Source: Eledone cirrhosa
Taxonomy: Eukaryota
Direction: 5' to 3'
Length of the DNA stretch: 64,000 nucleotides
NCBI GenBank assembly: GCA_964016885.1
Contig: OZ024741.1
Coordinates: forward strand, 311,550,001-311,614,000
Within the stretch, counting starts at the first letter, position 1. Every line of letters starts with the position of its first letter. Made by a program: the position numbers and the translations under genes. The notes beneath the pieces are model-generated. The model made no database searches and was not told where the DNA came from. It saw only the letters and a program-made list of their open reading frames with translations. This document shows, one piece after another, positions 1 to 14,418 of this stretch.

Positions 1-605
1 TTTATGGCTATGCGGATGATTGTTTAACCATCGTCTCAGTGTGTTTGGCCTTTAACGTATGTGTTAGCTCTGGTTCATCTGAATCATTGAGCGCTTGCCA
101 CACTTCTCGGTAGTTGTTTTTCGTTAATTCCTAACCTAAGCCGAAATACGATTCTCGCTAATTTATATTTATATACATATATATATATATAGAGAGAGAG
201 AGTCTGAGACATAGAGAGAGAGAAAATTAAAATAGCTTTATACATATGAGTATGTGTAGTTTGGATATCTTGCAATATGTGATATGTTTAGGTATAATAA
301 TAATAAATAATTATAGGGTGTAAATATCACGTTTAATATAGACATAGGTTCTACAGTACTAGAACTATTTCATTCAAAAGTAATCATCAGAAAATCCGTT
401 TAATGATGATTTCTTTGAAAGTAACTATTCTAGGCCAGTAGAAGCGATTTATATTAAACATTATATTTGCACACAGACACATATACACTCAGACACCCAA
501 CCCCCTCTCCACACACACATATGCACACGCACGCACAATTAGATATGTTTTTGCGCGCGCGCGCGACTGTGTGTAAAGTAAATAAATAACAAGTTTATGA
601 TATAC

Positions 606-740
606 CTTCTTGACAACTCTCGCCACTATAACCTGTAGCACATCCATCGGAACATCTTCCTTTAATCACGTCACAGTTATTATTGTTGATACAATGGCAT
701 TCCCCAATACAACCCAAACCATAACTTCCTACTGGGCATT
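606..740 (-). CDS. EGF-like repeat exon (135 nt, phase 1-1) of a multi-EGF protein
   Basis: Flanked by TTTTAG acceptor and GTATA donor. Translates (E)CPVGSYGLGCIGECHCINNNNCDVIKGRCSDGCATGYSGESCQE, the 8-Cys pattern of MEGF10/11, SCARF and CED-1 type repeats. Confidence 0.85.
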
Positions 741-1102
741 CTAAAAATATAAATATATATGATAATGTTGAAGATTTTCTTTAATTACATACAGATATCA
801 ATGATACAATTTTATATCAAATTTTAAGATTAAAGTGGTCTTGTGATAAACATATGGAATTGTATATTTATTGAATATTATATCGATCCTCAATAAAATA
901 TACATGGATTTTTAGTTCAGTTAAATGCAAAGTTGGAAAAATTTTGAAAGTAATAAACAATATCATAAGTAAAATAACATATATAAACCTTCCAAATCTT
1001 ACCATATTCTACCAGTTACTACGATATGTAATTGCAAGATTCTTACATTTAAATAAACACACAAAAACACACACTCATATATATATATGTTCTTTGCCAG
1101 GT

Positions 1103-1259
1103 AACGTTGCCAGGAACCAAAGTATCGTCTTCCTGACTTCCTCCGGTTGCAATGTTTTTTGAAATATTCACTTCTGCGTTTACAGATTGACTTTGTCAGT
1201 TTCAGAAGATCCCGGTAAGGGTGAAAGCAGCGATTCTTTGCTTAAACTTTAATCTGTTA

Positions 1260-1292
<33 letters not shown>

Positions 1293-2090
1293 CTGTTATT
1301 TTAATAAATAAATATATATATATATATTTATTAAAATAACAGATTAAAGTTTAAGCAAAGAATCGCTGCTTTCACCCTTAACGGGATCTTCTGAAACTAA
1401 CAAAGTCAATCTGTAAACGCAGAAGTGGATATTTCAAAAAACGTTGCAACAGGAGGAAGACAGGAAGACGATACTTTGGTTCGTGGAAACGTTCGCTATG
1501 CAAATAAGTAATGGTATAAACAAAACATATACTTAGCTCCCACATCAAGACGTAAAATATCCACGTATAGATCGTACTATCCGTTAGGGTATAACGTGGG
1601 GCTGTAATACAGGAAAGTTTTGTGCAATTTATGTTTACAAGACGAAATTGCCTCAGATATTTTGTTTAACATGTGGTCTGTGGCGTAGAGTATTTCCAGG
1701 GCCTCAGCGGCGCAGAGGTCACATAGTCTTTTATTTCCGTTATACGATCTAGCCCTAGCTAAGATCTCCCAGTGTAACTAATATTGGGTGTGGGTGTCTT
1801 TTAGACTCCTGATATAAGCTGAAAGTGACGTCATATTCCTTCTTAGAGGGTAACGAAAAGAATGGGTTTGCGTGTAAAGACGCTGCTTGAATCGATTGGC
1901 GGTTAACCCTATGTAGGATCCTATGGGACGTGGGTGTTACAACCTTACATTTGTACACAATGTTACTAGAGAGGCATTTCCCGGATAGGGGGCAATCAAC
2001 CCGATTCCTACAATTACAGTTAGTACTAACTACAGGGTTGCACGTGTTCCTACGGCTAGGTAGTTTAGCTAAATTTGAAGCTGTGATGTT
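1103..2090 (-). mobile_element. 5'-truncated Penelope-like element (GIY-YIG endonuclease + 3' end) with an inverted terminal copy
   Basis: Minus-strand reading across a frameshift: CNCRNRVDCPLSGKCLSSNIVYKC..YIGLTANRFKQR..CDLCAAE..LNK..SCKH at about 1605-2030. Segments 1103-1267 and 1326-1493 are inverted copies around (TA)n. Confidence 0.8.
1348..1398 (-). ncRNA. Hammerhead-like motif with U4A core change (inverted copy at 1198-1248 +)
   Basis: AGTTT-CAGAAGA-T-CCC[GTTAA]GGG-T-GAAA-GCAG[CGATTCT]TTGC-TT-AAACT. All three helices pair; the core is CAGAAGA rather than CUGANGA. Confidence 0.45.
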
Positions 2091-2493
2091 ATGTTATCTC
2101 GGGAATTTTACCGGCCCTAGATAGATCGATGGAATGCTGATACACAAAGGATTAGTAATATTTAGGTTTTTGAAATTACTGCGTATCACGTAACGGTGTG
2201 GTAGCATGTTGTTTACTAATAAAACAGTTCCATTAAACTATTCTGTTAACTGTAAAATAATTACAAATTGTATTTTCTTCACATGCATTTTTATTTTACA
2301 ACTATTTCCATTTTTAATATTCCATGCAAATAAACAACAATGTATAATAAAAATAAACAATTGAATGCCTTCAGCTATGAATGGAGACTGATGCAAAAAG
2401 TGCCATTTAGCGGTTTCGAGCAGATGTATGGGCGGGTAAATCTCGACGATCTTCGTTTCTGACTCAGGTCGCTATCAAGACTTATATATGGTT

Positions 2494-2567
<74 letters not shown>

Positions 2568-2618
2568 GGAAAATAACTGCGGTAAGAAATGTTTTCTTAT
2601 ATCAAAGTTTAATGGGCA

Positions 2619-2741
2619 TCCACTGATGATTTATAAGTACCCACCTACATATATTCTTACAGAAAAATATGTCAGGTTTCTACATGAACTGGAAACATTC
2701 TCCCAACTTGTAGAAAACTTATAATGAAACAATTGTTTGGA
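2619..2741 (+). ncRNA. Type I hammerhead ribozyme with large branched helix II
   Basis: TCCA-CTGATGA-T-TTATAAGT..ACTTATAA-T-GAAA-CAATTG-TT-TGGA. Palindromic helix III, GUU cleavage triplet. Confidence 0.7.
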
Positions 2742-3205
2742 AAGAGAGATATATTTTAATTTTAATTATATCTCATATAAAATAATACAACTGGCTTTCC
2801 ACAAAATACATATAGTTAGCATCCCAAACACAAAATTGGGATTATACTAACGTATATACTAATGTTTGTTGAGTGAGATGGTTACCAGTCAGAGTTTAGC
2901 TTAAAGCTTTCTCTGTTATTGTATTAAATGCATACATTTATTTTTTTTAAATTAATCGAGTTCTTAATACGCAGGATTGATAATGTTTTTGAAAAAACTA
3001 ATTAAGCAACGTGTATATTATTTTACTTTTCTTGTGACTCGCGATTGCCTCCCTTTTCCGCTTCGTGACGCTATGATATTTCCTCAGTCTAAAGACTGCT
3101 GGAATTTCAAATTTGGCGGTCATTTGATGCGTGAAGGGACTACTTAGCGGACACGGAAAATAACTGCGGTAAGAAATGTTTTCTTATAACAAAGTTTAAT
3201 GGGCA

Positions 3206-3328
3206 TCCACTGATGATTTATAAGTGCCCACCTACATATATTCTTACAGAAAAATATGTCAGGTTTCTACATGAACTGGAAACATTCTCCCAACTTGTAG
3301 AAAACTTATAATGAAACAATTGTTTGGA
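3206..3328 (+). ncRNA. Type I hammerhead ribozyme (second copy, +587 nt)
   Basis: Same motif as 2619-2741; CTGATGA at 3210, GAAA at 3313. Confidence 0.7.
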
Positions 3329-3516
3329 AAGAGAGATATATTTTAATTTTAATTATATCTCATATAAAATAATACAACTGGCTTTCCACAAAATACATAT
3401 AGTTAGCATCCCAAACACAAAATTGGGATTATACTAACGTATATCCTAATGTTTGTTGAGTGAGATGGTTACCAGTCAGAGTTTAGCTTAAAGCTTTCTC
3501 TGTTATTGTATTAAAT

Positions 3517-4031
<515 letters not shown>

Positions 4032-4546
4032 ATTGTTTTGACACACTATTTCATATCAAAAACCTCGCAAAACAAATATATAAATATATAAATATATTTG
4101 TTTTGCGAGGTTTTTGATATACAATCGTGTGTCAAAACAAGTATTGTTATACTTGGGGAGGGTCATATTGTTGTAATAATATTGCCAGAATTAATAACAG
4201 AACATACTCACTGTTTGGTTGGTTTTTGCTTCTGTATATTTTATATCAGTTAATGTATTCGGCCCTCAAAGTTTACAATTGACTGACCAGCGGTCAAAAA
4301 ATACAGATATAAAATAGACACAAACACATATATATAGTCTAACAAAGTTTTTTCGTTGGACAACTGCAACATCGTCAGTGGTGCTATTATTATGTTCCTC
4401 CTGTTGTATTGCATATCTACGCCATCTTAAATACAGATTAAATAAAGATGGCGTAGATATACAATACAACAGAAGGAACATAATAATAGCACCAGTGCCG
4501 ATGTTGCCGATGTGCAACGGAAGAACTTATAAAATTATAAAATTAG

Positions 4547-7500
4547 AACTTATAAAATTCAGGGTCAGTGTTACCACTTAATGGGTGGCGTTCTGCCACT
4601 TTCACAGGAGCCTCACAAATTTGTGCAGGTTTACTTCATGGGTGGAAATGAAACACAGGCACAACAAAGATGTACCTATGTCCATGGTGGATTGTAGTTC
4701 TACATAGTGCTAAAGTAACGGGAAATGCTTCACTAACATCACATGTACGTCACTGTATTTAAATATGCAATGGGGCATATGAACAACACCATAGATCGTA
4801 AAATCATCATTAGGGAGGACACACGCACAGCTTCAGAACATGAACGCAGATGCACCTGTCACTGATGAAGTTGCAATCATAATTGTTGATGAACAGCATG
4901 AACAACGTGACATTGTTTTGCAAAAACGAAGTGGACATTGAGCGAATATGTGAAAGTCATAGAATCTATGATTCACTCCAATATCCGCTCATCTTTTGGA
5001 ATGGTCAAGATGGATATCATTTTCAGCTAGGGTAGATCAGCCCAGGAACGGGACAAGAGACTGGCCGATCAATCAGCTGCAAAGAATTCTATGTTTATCA
5101 TTTCATGGTACATGACACTTCAACCAAATTCTGCGATTCAAAGAAGTAACCATGGTCGATATGTATGCCAACATTGAAACAGAAAGATTGGGTTTTCTGC
5201 GAATGAATCAAACTAATTTGAGGGAAGCTAACTACATCCACCTTAGAGATGTCATCTATTCTGATGTTGACCCAAGAAATATTGGCCAGCCAGTCATACT
5301 ACTATCAAGATGCAATGGCCTATGTCAGAAAATTTGGTTGGTCAGATCTCTTCATTACATTTACATGCAATTCAAACTGCTCAGAAATATCAAATGAAAT
5401 ATTTCAAAATCTAATACCAAAGGATCGAAACGACCTCATGGCTCGGGATTTCCATGAAAAGCAAAAAAAAAGAAAAATCATCTGGCTCCTAAAAGAAGGA
5501 AGAATCTTTGGTGAACTTAGTGCTTGGATGACCACTATTGAGTGGCAGAAGAGAGGTCTTCCTCACACTCAAACACTAATCTGGTGCAAGGAGAAGATAA
5601 GACCAGATGATGTTGATAAGATCATTTCAGCAAAGTTGCCTGATAAAGGTGTTGATCCAGAGCCCTTTGAAACCATCAAGTCCAAACTCATTCATGGTCC
5701 ATGTGGAGTCATCAATCCAGTCTCTCCCTGCATGAAAGATCAAAAATGCAGCAAACATTATCCTAGGGATTTTATTCGGGAAACCCGGACTGACAATAAT
5801 GGATACCCCCTTTATCGTAAGCGTAGAACAGAACATGGAGGCAATACTGCACGCCTAACAGTTCGATGAGAGAAGCTGACCATAAACTATCAGTGGGTCG
5901 TCCAACACAACACATTGCTTTTTAAACTTTTAAAAGCTCATATCAATGTTGAGTATTGCAGCTCCGTCAAGGCAATCCTATATGTCACAAAATATATGAA
6001 CAAGGGCAGTGACATGGCTACATTTATTACTGACAAAGAACTCAATAATGGTGGGCTGGATGACGTCAAATGGTATCAAACAGGTCGATACATCTCCTGC
6101 AATGAAGCTATCTGGTGAATATTTGGATTTGATATCCATCAATGCCACCCAACAGTTATCAACCACGCAGCCCTTATGGAAATGGACAGAGAGTGTTCTT
6201 CACTGAGATAACTGCTCATCAGTTGGCACAAGCTTCACATGACACCACACTAACTGTTTTCTTTAAACTCTGCCAGAATGATGAATTTGCTCGATCCCTC
6301 CTATATGCTGAAGTCCCAACATACTACACCTGGACTAATTGCAAGATCTAGAATCGAAGAAAGCAGTGTCATTTAGTTGAAGGTCATGAAGTCAAGTGAT
6401 GCTATTGGGCGTGTTTACAATATCCATCCCAACAACAGAGAATGTTTTTATTTACGGTTATTTCTGCATACACTTCCAGGACCAACGTCATTTGAGGATC
6501 TCAGGTGCTTCAGAGGAAGGGAGTGCGCAACATACCAAAAAGCATATAAACAGCCTTGACTCCTGCATGACAATGGACACAGGAAATATCAGCAATCACT
6601 CAAGTAGCCAGTAAAATAAGACAATTATTTGCTATTATGCTCACAGCATGTGGAATTGATGAAGCTTATCTACTCTGGCAGGAGTACAAAAACAATATGT
6701 CGGACGACTATCTACACCTAGCCCGAAGACATCTTGGCAATATGTATATGGAATATACCCCCAGGATTTACAATCAAGCTCTGGGTGACCTGCCCCATCG
6801 AGTTCAGGCAATGCATATCACATTAGCTAACTGCAGGATGCCAGAGGCAGATGAAGAAATAGAGGTAGCAGGAGACTAACTACGATATTCAAGCATTGCG
6901 TAAGTTTCTGGATGAAAATGAACCTCGCTTGATGGTTGACCAGAAATATGCCTACCATAACATCAACGAAAACGTTCAATATGACAGGGGAAGACTTTAC
7001 TTCATCGATGCTCCTGCTGGCACAGGCAAGACATTCCTCATAATCTTCCTGCTTGCAAAATTTCGCCAAAAGCAACATATTGCCCATGCTGTGGCTTCAA
7101 GTGGCATTGCAGAAACACTTCTGGGTGGAGGAAGAACTGCACACTCCATGTTTAAGCTGCCCATAGATCTCATACGGCATAAACAATCTTTTTGCAACAT
7201 CAAGAAGAATTCTTCCAAGGGCAAGCTTCTGCAAATATGCAAGATGATAATTTGGGATGAAGCTACTATGAGCCATAAAGGAGCAATTGAAACTTTGGAC
7301 CGGACGATAAGGGATCTGAGAGCAAATAGTCGAATAATGGGTGAGTGACAATGGTTCTGGCTGGTGATTTCAGACAAACTCTACCTGTAATTCTTCGAGG
7401 GACTCGAGCTGATCAGGTCAATGCTTGTCTGAAAGCATCCTATCTCTGGCCCCACTTTTAGCTGCTGAACCTTACAACCAACATGCGAGTGCACGTGTCA

Positions 7501-9114
7501 GTGAGTTTGCCATCCAACTACTTAAATTGGGAAATGGAGTTCTTGAAAAAGACTCCAATGACCATATTCAGTTGTCATTTGGCCATATCCTTGACACAGA
7601 ACAAGAACTGATTGCCAGAGTGTTTCCAAACATTCAGACCAGGCAATGTGATCTGAAATGGCTCTGTAAACGAGCAACCTTAGCACATAAAACTGTTGCT
7701 GTGAAAGAAATCAACAGAAGGCTGCTGGAGATGTTACCGGGAGAGAAAATATGCTACAAATCAGTTGACACAATCACTTCTCAAGACCAGGTTGTAAACT
7801 ATCCAACTGAATTTTTGAACAGTCTTGAATAAGCGGGAATTCCTCCACACAACCTGATACTGAAGCTTGGAGCATCGGTTTTGCTACTCCGCAATCTGGA
7901 TCCTCCAAAACTTTGTAATAACGCAAGACTCATTATCAAAATTATGATGTCCAATGTTCTAGAAGTTGCAATCATGTCAGGCAAATTTGCTGGTGACAAT
8001 TGTTTCATTCCTAGAATACCTCTGAAGCCAACTGATTTGCCATTTGCCATGGTTAACTCTATGTTGGTACAACAAGGGTTGGCAACCCTGATTGTCTCTT
8101 CATTGTGGCACCACAGGGCAAAACCAAGAATGTTGTTTATCCAGAGGCTTCGGAATGAGCAATGTTGTAATTCCTCATTCAATGACAATACACACAGATC
8201 CTAATTTCTTAGTCATGTAGTTTGCAAGGAATTCTAAAGCTGCAAATTTACTGCATGATGTCACTTTGGAAGAATGTGCAGGCATTCCCGCGTACCTCTT
8301 TTATATAAATTAGTATAAGTGAGGACTTTGTTGGGTAGAAATAACAGCCACATTTCCTTCAAATCCCACCTTACTTTCTTAGGTATGTATATATCTATGA
8401 AGCAAAAAGGAATGGTTCTACGTGATAACTCGATCTACTAGAAATATTAGCAAAATCCATTTCAAATCAGAAACAACTGTCTTACACACATACATGTGAG
8501 TGTATGTATTTATGTATGTCATGTGAGCTACTATAATTGTTGGTATAGCTAATAGAAATAGAAAACAAATCTCCCTCAAACAAGATCCTACTGCCATAGA
8601 TGCAAAGATTGGTGAAAGCTCCAGTGTACAAATTTAAATACACTTTCCCCAAATTACAGAAATAAGTAAGTAAATACTTCATTCAATCATAAACCAATGC
8701 TAAATATATTTTATTATTTTATTTATGGTTTTCAAAATAGTCTTTACATGTTGTTTGAATTTAAGAAGTTAATATTGAGCAAAAAAAAAAAAAAAAGAAA
8801 GAAAGAAAAGGATAAATAAACAAATCTAAATGTATTTTTTTGGTCATGCCCTGACAACATACCTAATCTATGAGTAAAGCATTATATATGCTGACTGTAA
8901 TAGGGAGCAGTATTAAAAAAAATCACCACTGGTAAAAGCTAATATTTTTATCTAGATGATTTACTTTGACCAAACGGCAATAAATATTCTGCTATGATTC
9001 CTACTTTGGTTAAAATCCAGCAATCATATTTGAATGGTCAAATATTTTGTAATGTGTGCCAAATATATTGGAACTTTCATAAAATACCCGGGTATCACCG
9101 GGTAGCTCAGCTAG
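4547..9114 (+). mobile_element. Helitron 1, degenerate RepHel, 5'-truncated, intact 3' terminus
   Basis: Rep motifs FITFTCN, IEWQKRGLPH, YVTKYMNKG. PIF1-like helicase motifs DAPAGTGKT, IIWDEA, AGDFRQ, then LYVG..RVG..TKNVVY to about 8158. Many stops and frameshifts. 3' hairpin TACCCGG/CCGGGTA (9085-9104) followed by CTAG (9111-9114). Confidence 0.92.
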
Positions 9115-12100
9115 TCTATCTCTATATATATATAAATGCAAGTTTACGATTCTGTGTTTCCGCCTAAAACTAGCAAACTACCTGCCTAAACTCCTCAAAA
9201 TTACAAGTACATGTTCACTATTCACTCGGACAGGTAACGGTCGAAAAAGTTTTACTTTGCAAAGCAAGGAATTCATTTAAAATCAATTGATCTTATTTAC
9301 TAATGAATATAAAAAGAGATCATCCATTTTGTTTTTTCATGTTCTCTAGTCTGTAGATAAGAAAGTGAGAGATGGGAAGAGAGAGAGAAAGGGATGAGAG
9401 AGAATGACAGATGGGAGATAGAGTAAGGGGATGAGAGAGAAAGAGAGAGCGAGTGAGTGGATGGGAGAGAGAGAGAGTAAGGGGATGTGAGAGAGAAAGA
9501 AAGAGAGTAAGGGGTGAGAGAGAGATAGTGGGAGATGGGCGATAGAGAGAGAGTAAGACGATGTGAAAGTCAAAGAAAGAGAGTAAGGGGATGAGAGAGA
9601 AAGACGATGAAAGAGAGAGAGGCAATGTAATCAGCGTTCTAACTTTTATTTATTTATAATTTTTACACCCTTTTAAACTCTCCCGCTTCCTTAACGTTAT
9701 TTATCTTTTCTTTATTTTTTGTTCTCTCTTCCGTAGAGAGAGGGGGGATGTGAAAGAGAAAAAAATGAGAGAGAGAGTAATGGGATGGGAGAGAGAGAGT
9801 GAGGGAGAGTAGCAAGCGTTCATTAACTTTTATTTATTTATTATTTTTACACATTTTTTAAATCTCCCAATGGTATTTATCTTTTATTATTTTTTGCAGA
9901 GGATGAGAGAGAGAAAGAAAGAGAGGAGATGAGAAAGAGAAAGGGAGTGAGGCGGATGTGGAGAGAAAGACAATAAGAAAAGAGAAAAGATGGGAGAGAA
10001 AAAAAGTAAAGAGGCAGGAGAGAGGGAGGGTGATTCGAGGGATTATTTAACTAACGTGTGTCCGCGTTTATATGCATATTTACACACACATATGTGTTAT
10101 GGCGTTCTTTAGCAGACGATATATGTTACCACCAAAGCTTATTTTCTACGTATGTCTAAAGAAATCAGATACTTTATAGAAGTGTATATGTATGTATTTA
10201 ACAGACGAAAAAAAAACGGTATTTTTAAAAGATATTATTTGAATATATTATTTTCCGATGTTATTTGAATTAACACAGAAAATTTTTATTTTGTAGTGTT
10301 TGTCGTTTTTTTGGATACAATCTGAAATCCCAATATTTTTTTACATATGTCTAAAATAAATTACACCTAATATACATTCATATAAAGAGATCATTTAAAA
10401 CAACTTTACTGAGTTGTTTCTATTTCGGAAAGAGTGTGGTGTGTAATAATTCTTTCTACTTTTGGCATAAGGCCAGCAATTATTCCAGTGCATTACTGGT
10501 ACTTTATTTTATCGACCCCGTAAGGATGAAAGGCAAAGTTAACCTCGGCAGGAATTGTGTGGTGTGTAATAATATCACTTCAAATGCCTAGAAAACGTTC
10601 CAGATCATTATATGGAAGGTCATCTTCAGAGGCTAAGAGAAAGATAACTCAGCGAAACTGAAGAAATTCGGCATGCCCGTCTAGCTGCTAACAGAGCCCA
10701 AACAGCATTAACACGAGCACACCGTTTGGATGAAAGGGAACAAAGTACAGCTGCTACACAAGAACAACAATTTAAGGAACAGCAACAAATCAGACGAAAT
10801 GATAATCAAGCACATCGTTCTACTGCCCGAGCAGGAGAACAAGCCACAAGTAAAATGGCTGATGGGTGCTTTTTCTTATGACCCTCAAAAGGACTACAGC
10901 AGTAATCCACAAATCCACATTGGGAAAATGAACAAATGCTGCCAGTATTGTGGTGCCAAGAAGTGGGCAGCAGAAACACCAAGTCTATGCTGCTCAAAAG
11001 GCAAAGTGATCATTAAAACAATACAAGAACTCCTGAATTTCTGAAGAATCTGCTCCTTCAGGATACATCAGAAGCACGACACATCAATAAATACATCATA
11101 AAATATAATTCTGCCTTTCAAATGACATCTTTTGGGGCTGACAGCAATGTCACTGACTTTAGATTCTGTACAACTTATAAAATTTAGGGACAGTGTTACC
11201 CCTTAATGGGTGGCCTTCTGCCACTTTCACAGCAGCCTCACAAATTTGTGCAGGTTTACTTCATGGTTGGAAATGAAACACAGGCACAACAAACATGTAC
11301 CTATGTCCATGGTGGATTGTAGTTCTACATAGTCCTAAAGTTACGAGAAATGCTTCACCAACATCACATGTACGTCAGTGTATTTAAATATGCACTGGAG
11401 CATATGAACAACACCAGAGATCGTAAAATCATCATTAGGGCAGACAAACCCCCAGCTTCAGAACATGAATGTAGATTCAATACACCTGTCACTGATGAAG
11501 TTACAATCATAATGGTTGATGAACAGCATGAACGACGTGACATTGTTTTGCAACAACGAAGTGGACATTTGGAGCGAATATGTGAAAGTCATAGAGCCTA
11601 TGATTCACTCCAATATCCGTTCATCTTTTGGAATGGTCAAGATGGATATCATTTTCAGCTACGGCAGATCAGCCCAGGAACGGGACCAGAGACTGGCCGA
11701 TCAATCAGCTGCAAAGAATTATATGTTTATCCTTTCATAGTCCGTGACCACTTCAACCAAGTTCTGAGATGCAAGGAAGTAACCATGGTGGACATGTATG
11801 CCAAAATTGAAACAGAAAGAATGGATATTCTGGGAAGGAATCAAACTAAGTTGAGATCAGATAAATACATCCACCTTAGATATGCCATCAATTCTGATGT
11901 CGACCCAAAAAATATTGGCCAGCCAGTCATACTACCATCAAGCTTCACTGAGGGACCACGTTACATGCATGAACGTACGCAAGATGCAATGGCCTATGTC
12001 ACAATATTTGGTCGGCCAGATTTCAATACATTTACATGCAATTCAAACTGCTCAGAAATATCAAATGAATTATTTCAAAATCAAAAACTAAAAACCAAAC

Positions 12101-13796
12101 GATCGACACACACCTCATTGCTCGGGTTTTCCATGAAAAGCAATAAAAACTCCTCTGGTTACTAACAGAAGGAAGAATCTTTGGTGAGCTTAGTGCTTGG
12201 ATGACCACTATTGAGTGGCAGAAGGGAGGTCTTCCTCACTCTCACACACTAATCTGGTGCAAGGAGAAGATAAGTCCAGATGATGTTGATAAGATCATTT
12301 CAGCAGAGTTTCCTGATAAAGGTGGTGATCCAGAGCTCTTTGAAACCATCAAGTCCAAACTCATTCATGGTCCTTGTGGAGTGATCAATCCAGCCTCTCC
12401 CTGCATGAAAGATCAAAAATGCAGCAAACATTATCCTAGAGCTTTTATTCGGGAAACTCGGACGGACAATAATGGATACCCCCTTTATCGTAGGCGTAGT
12501 CCAGAATATGGAGGCATTACTGCAAGCCTAAGAGTTCGAGGATAGGAGCTGACCATAAACAATCAGTGGGTCGTCGCCCACAACAAATTGTTGTGTAAGC
12601 TTTTAAAAGCTCCTATCAATGTTGAGTATTGCAGCTCCGTCAAGGCAATCCTATATGTCACAAAATATATGAACAACGGCAGTGACTACCTTCATTACTG
12701 ACAAATAACTCAATAATGGTGAGCTAGATGAGGTCAAATGGTATCAAACAGGTCCATACATCTCCAGCAAAGAAGCTATCTGGAAACTCTTTGGGTTTGA
12801 TATCCATCACCACCACACAACAGTGGTAAACCTCGCAGTCCATCTGGAAAATGGACAGAGAGTGTACTTCACTGAGATCACTGCTCATCAGTTGGCTCAA
12901 TCATCACATGACACCACACTAAATGCTTTCTTTAAACTCTGCCAGAATGATGAATTTGCTCGATCCCTCCTATTTGCTGAAGTCCCAACATACTACACCT
13001 TGACCTGTTGCAAAACCTGGAATCGAAGAAAGCAGGGTCATTTAGTGGAATGTCATGAAGTCAGGTCAAGTGATGCTATTGGGCCTGTTTACAATGACCA
13101 TCCCAATGAACAGAGAATGTTTTTATTTACGGCTACTTCTGCATACTGTTCGAGGACCAACGTCATTTGAGTATCTTAGATGCTTCACAGGTAGGGAGTG
13201 CGCAACATACCAAGAAGCATGTACACAGCCCGGACTCCTCCATGAGAATGGACACTGGAAATATCAGCAATCACTCAAGTAGCCAGTAAAATAAGACAAT
13301 TATTTGCTAATATGCTCACAGCATGTGGAATTCATGAAGCTCATCTATTCTGGCAGGAGTACAAAAACAATATGTCGGACGACTATCTACACCTAGCCCG
13401 AAGACATCTTGGCAATATGTATATGGAATATACCCCCAGGATTTAAAATCAAGCTCTCTGTGACCTGTCCCATCGAGTTCAGGCAATGAATAGGACATTA
13501 GCTAGCTGCGGGATGCAAGAGCCAGATGAAGAAATAGAGGTAGCAGGAGACAAACTACGATATTCAAGCATTGCGTAAGTTTGTGGATAAAAATGAACAT
13601 CGATTGATGGATGACCAGAAATACGCCTACCACAACATCATCGAAAACGTTCAAAATGACAGGGGAGGACTTTTCTTCATCTTGCTCCTGCTGGCAAAGG
13701 CAAGACATTCCTCATAAACCTCCTGCTTGCAAAAGTTCGGCAAAAGCAACATATTGCCCATGCTGTGGCTTCAAGTGGCATTGCAGCAACACTTCA
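9115..13796 (+). mobile_element. Helitron 2, degenerate RepHel, intact 5' TC end, 3'-truncated
   Basis: Starts TCTATCTCTATATATATAAA. ORF from ATG 10584 (MPRKRSR..), Zn finger CQYCGAKKWAAETPSLCCSKGKV, Rep motifs, helicase Walker A remnant. Paralogous to Helitron 1; cut by a PLE at about 13797. Confidence 0.9.
10451..10556 (-). mobile_element. 5'-truncated tRNA-derived SINE inside Helitron 2
   Basis: SINE core in reverse; 17-bp target-site duplication GTGTGGTGTGTAATAAT at 10434-10450 and 10557-10573. Confidence 0.85.
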
Positions 13797-14288
13797 GACC
13801 AGGATAAGGAGTGCTCTATATTCTGTTGTTTAAGCTTCCAGTCTAATTCGGAAAGCGCAGTGCTACTTTTTATATATAATCTATTAAAGCTTTGGCGGTG
13901 ATTATACCATCTATCCTTAAATTTAGTGGCAGTTGCCCCAACATACCTGAAGGTTATATCGAAAGTGGAGACCTTACAGTCGTAGACTATGTTTTTGGTG
14001 AGGTATTTCCCAGCCATGGGGCAAGTGGCGGTGATCCTGCAATTACATTTTCTGCAATTACATTCACGATAGCAGTCGGCGTGTTTTGATGGTTGATTTT
14101 CATATGAGGGACTAAACTCTGTGAGTGAATATGGTTAGTTTTCTCCCTCATATCAAGGATTTGAAGACAATTCCTTTTCACCTGACGATTTCAGTGATAA
14201 TTGATCATGGTTACAAGATCGATCTATCTGTTATTGAAACATGTGTCGTGATTAAAATGATTGGAAATGTATACCATGCCTTCGGATC

Positions 14289-14292
<4 letters not shown>
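13797..14292 (-). mobile_element. Penelope-like GIY-YIG fragment
   Basis: ORF 13712..14017: KNIVYDCKV..YVGATATKFKDRWYNH..TALS..LSW. Confidence 0.8.
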
Positions 14293-14367
<75 letters not shown>

Positions 14368-14381
14368 CTAATAGTACTAAA

Positions 14382-14417
<36 letters not shown>

Positions 14418-14418
<1 letters not shown>

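Larger units (their letters stand above)
2564..3516 (+). mobile_element. Non-coding HHR-bearing element with 366-bp direct repeats (retrozyme-like or partial-tandem PLE end), 587-nt period
   Basis: 2564-2929 and 3151-3516 are near-identical, each with an HHR, separated by a 221-bp unique spacer. (TA)n flanks on both sides; no ORF. Confidence 0.75.

Noticed and set aside
1-180. Repeat shared with about 53780-53960 containing a GATGGTT..AACCATC hairpin
   Set aside because: A dispersed repeat, but no ribozyme core or family could be assigned.
2360-2495. Block repeated at about 24080-24195 and 26395-26525 as a conserved exon or ribozyme
   Set aside because: No shared open frame and no GAAA or helix set; explained by paralogous intron duplication.
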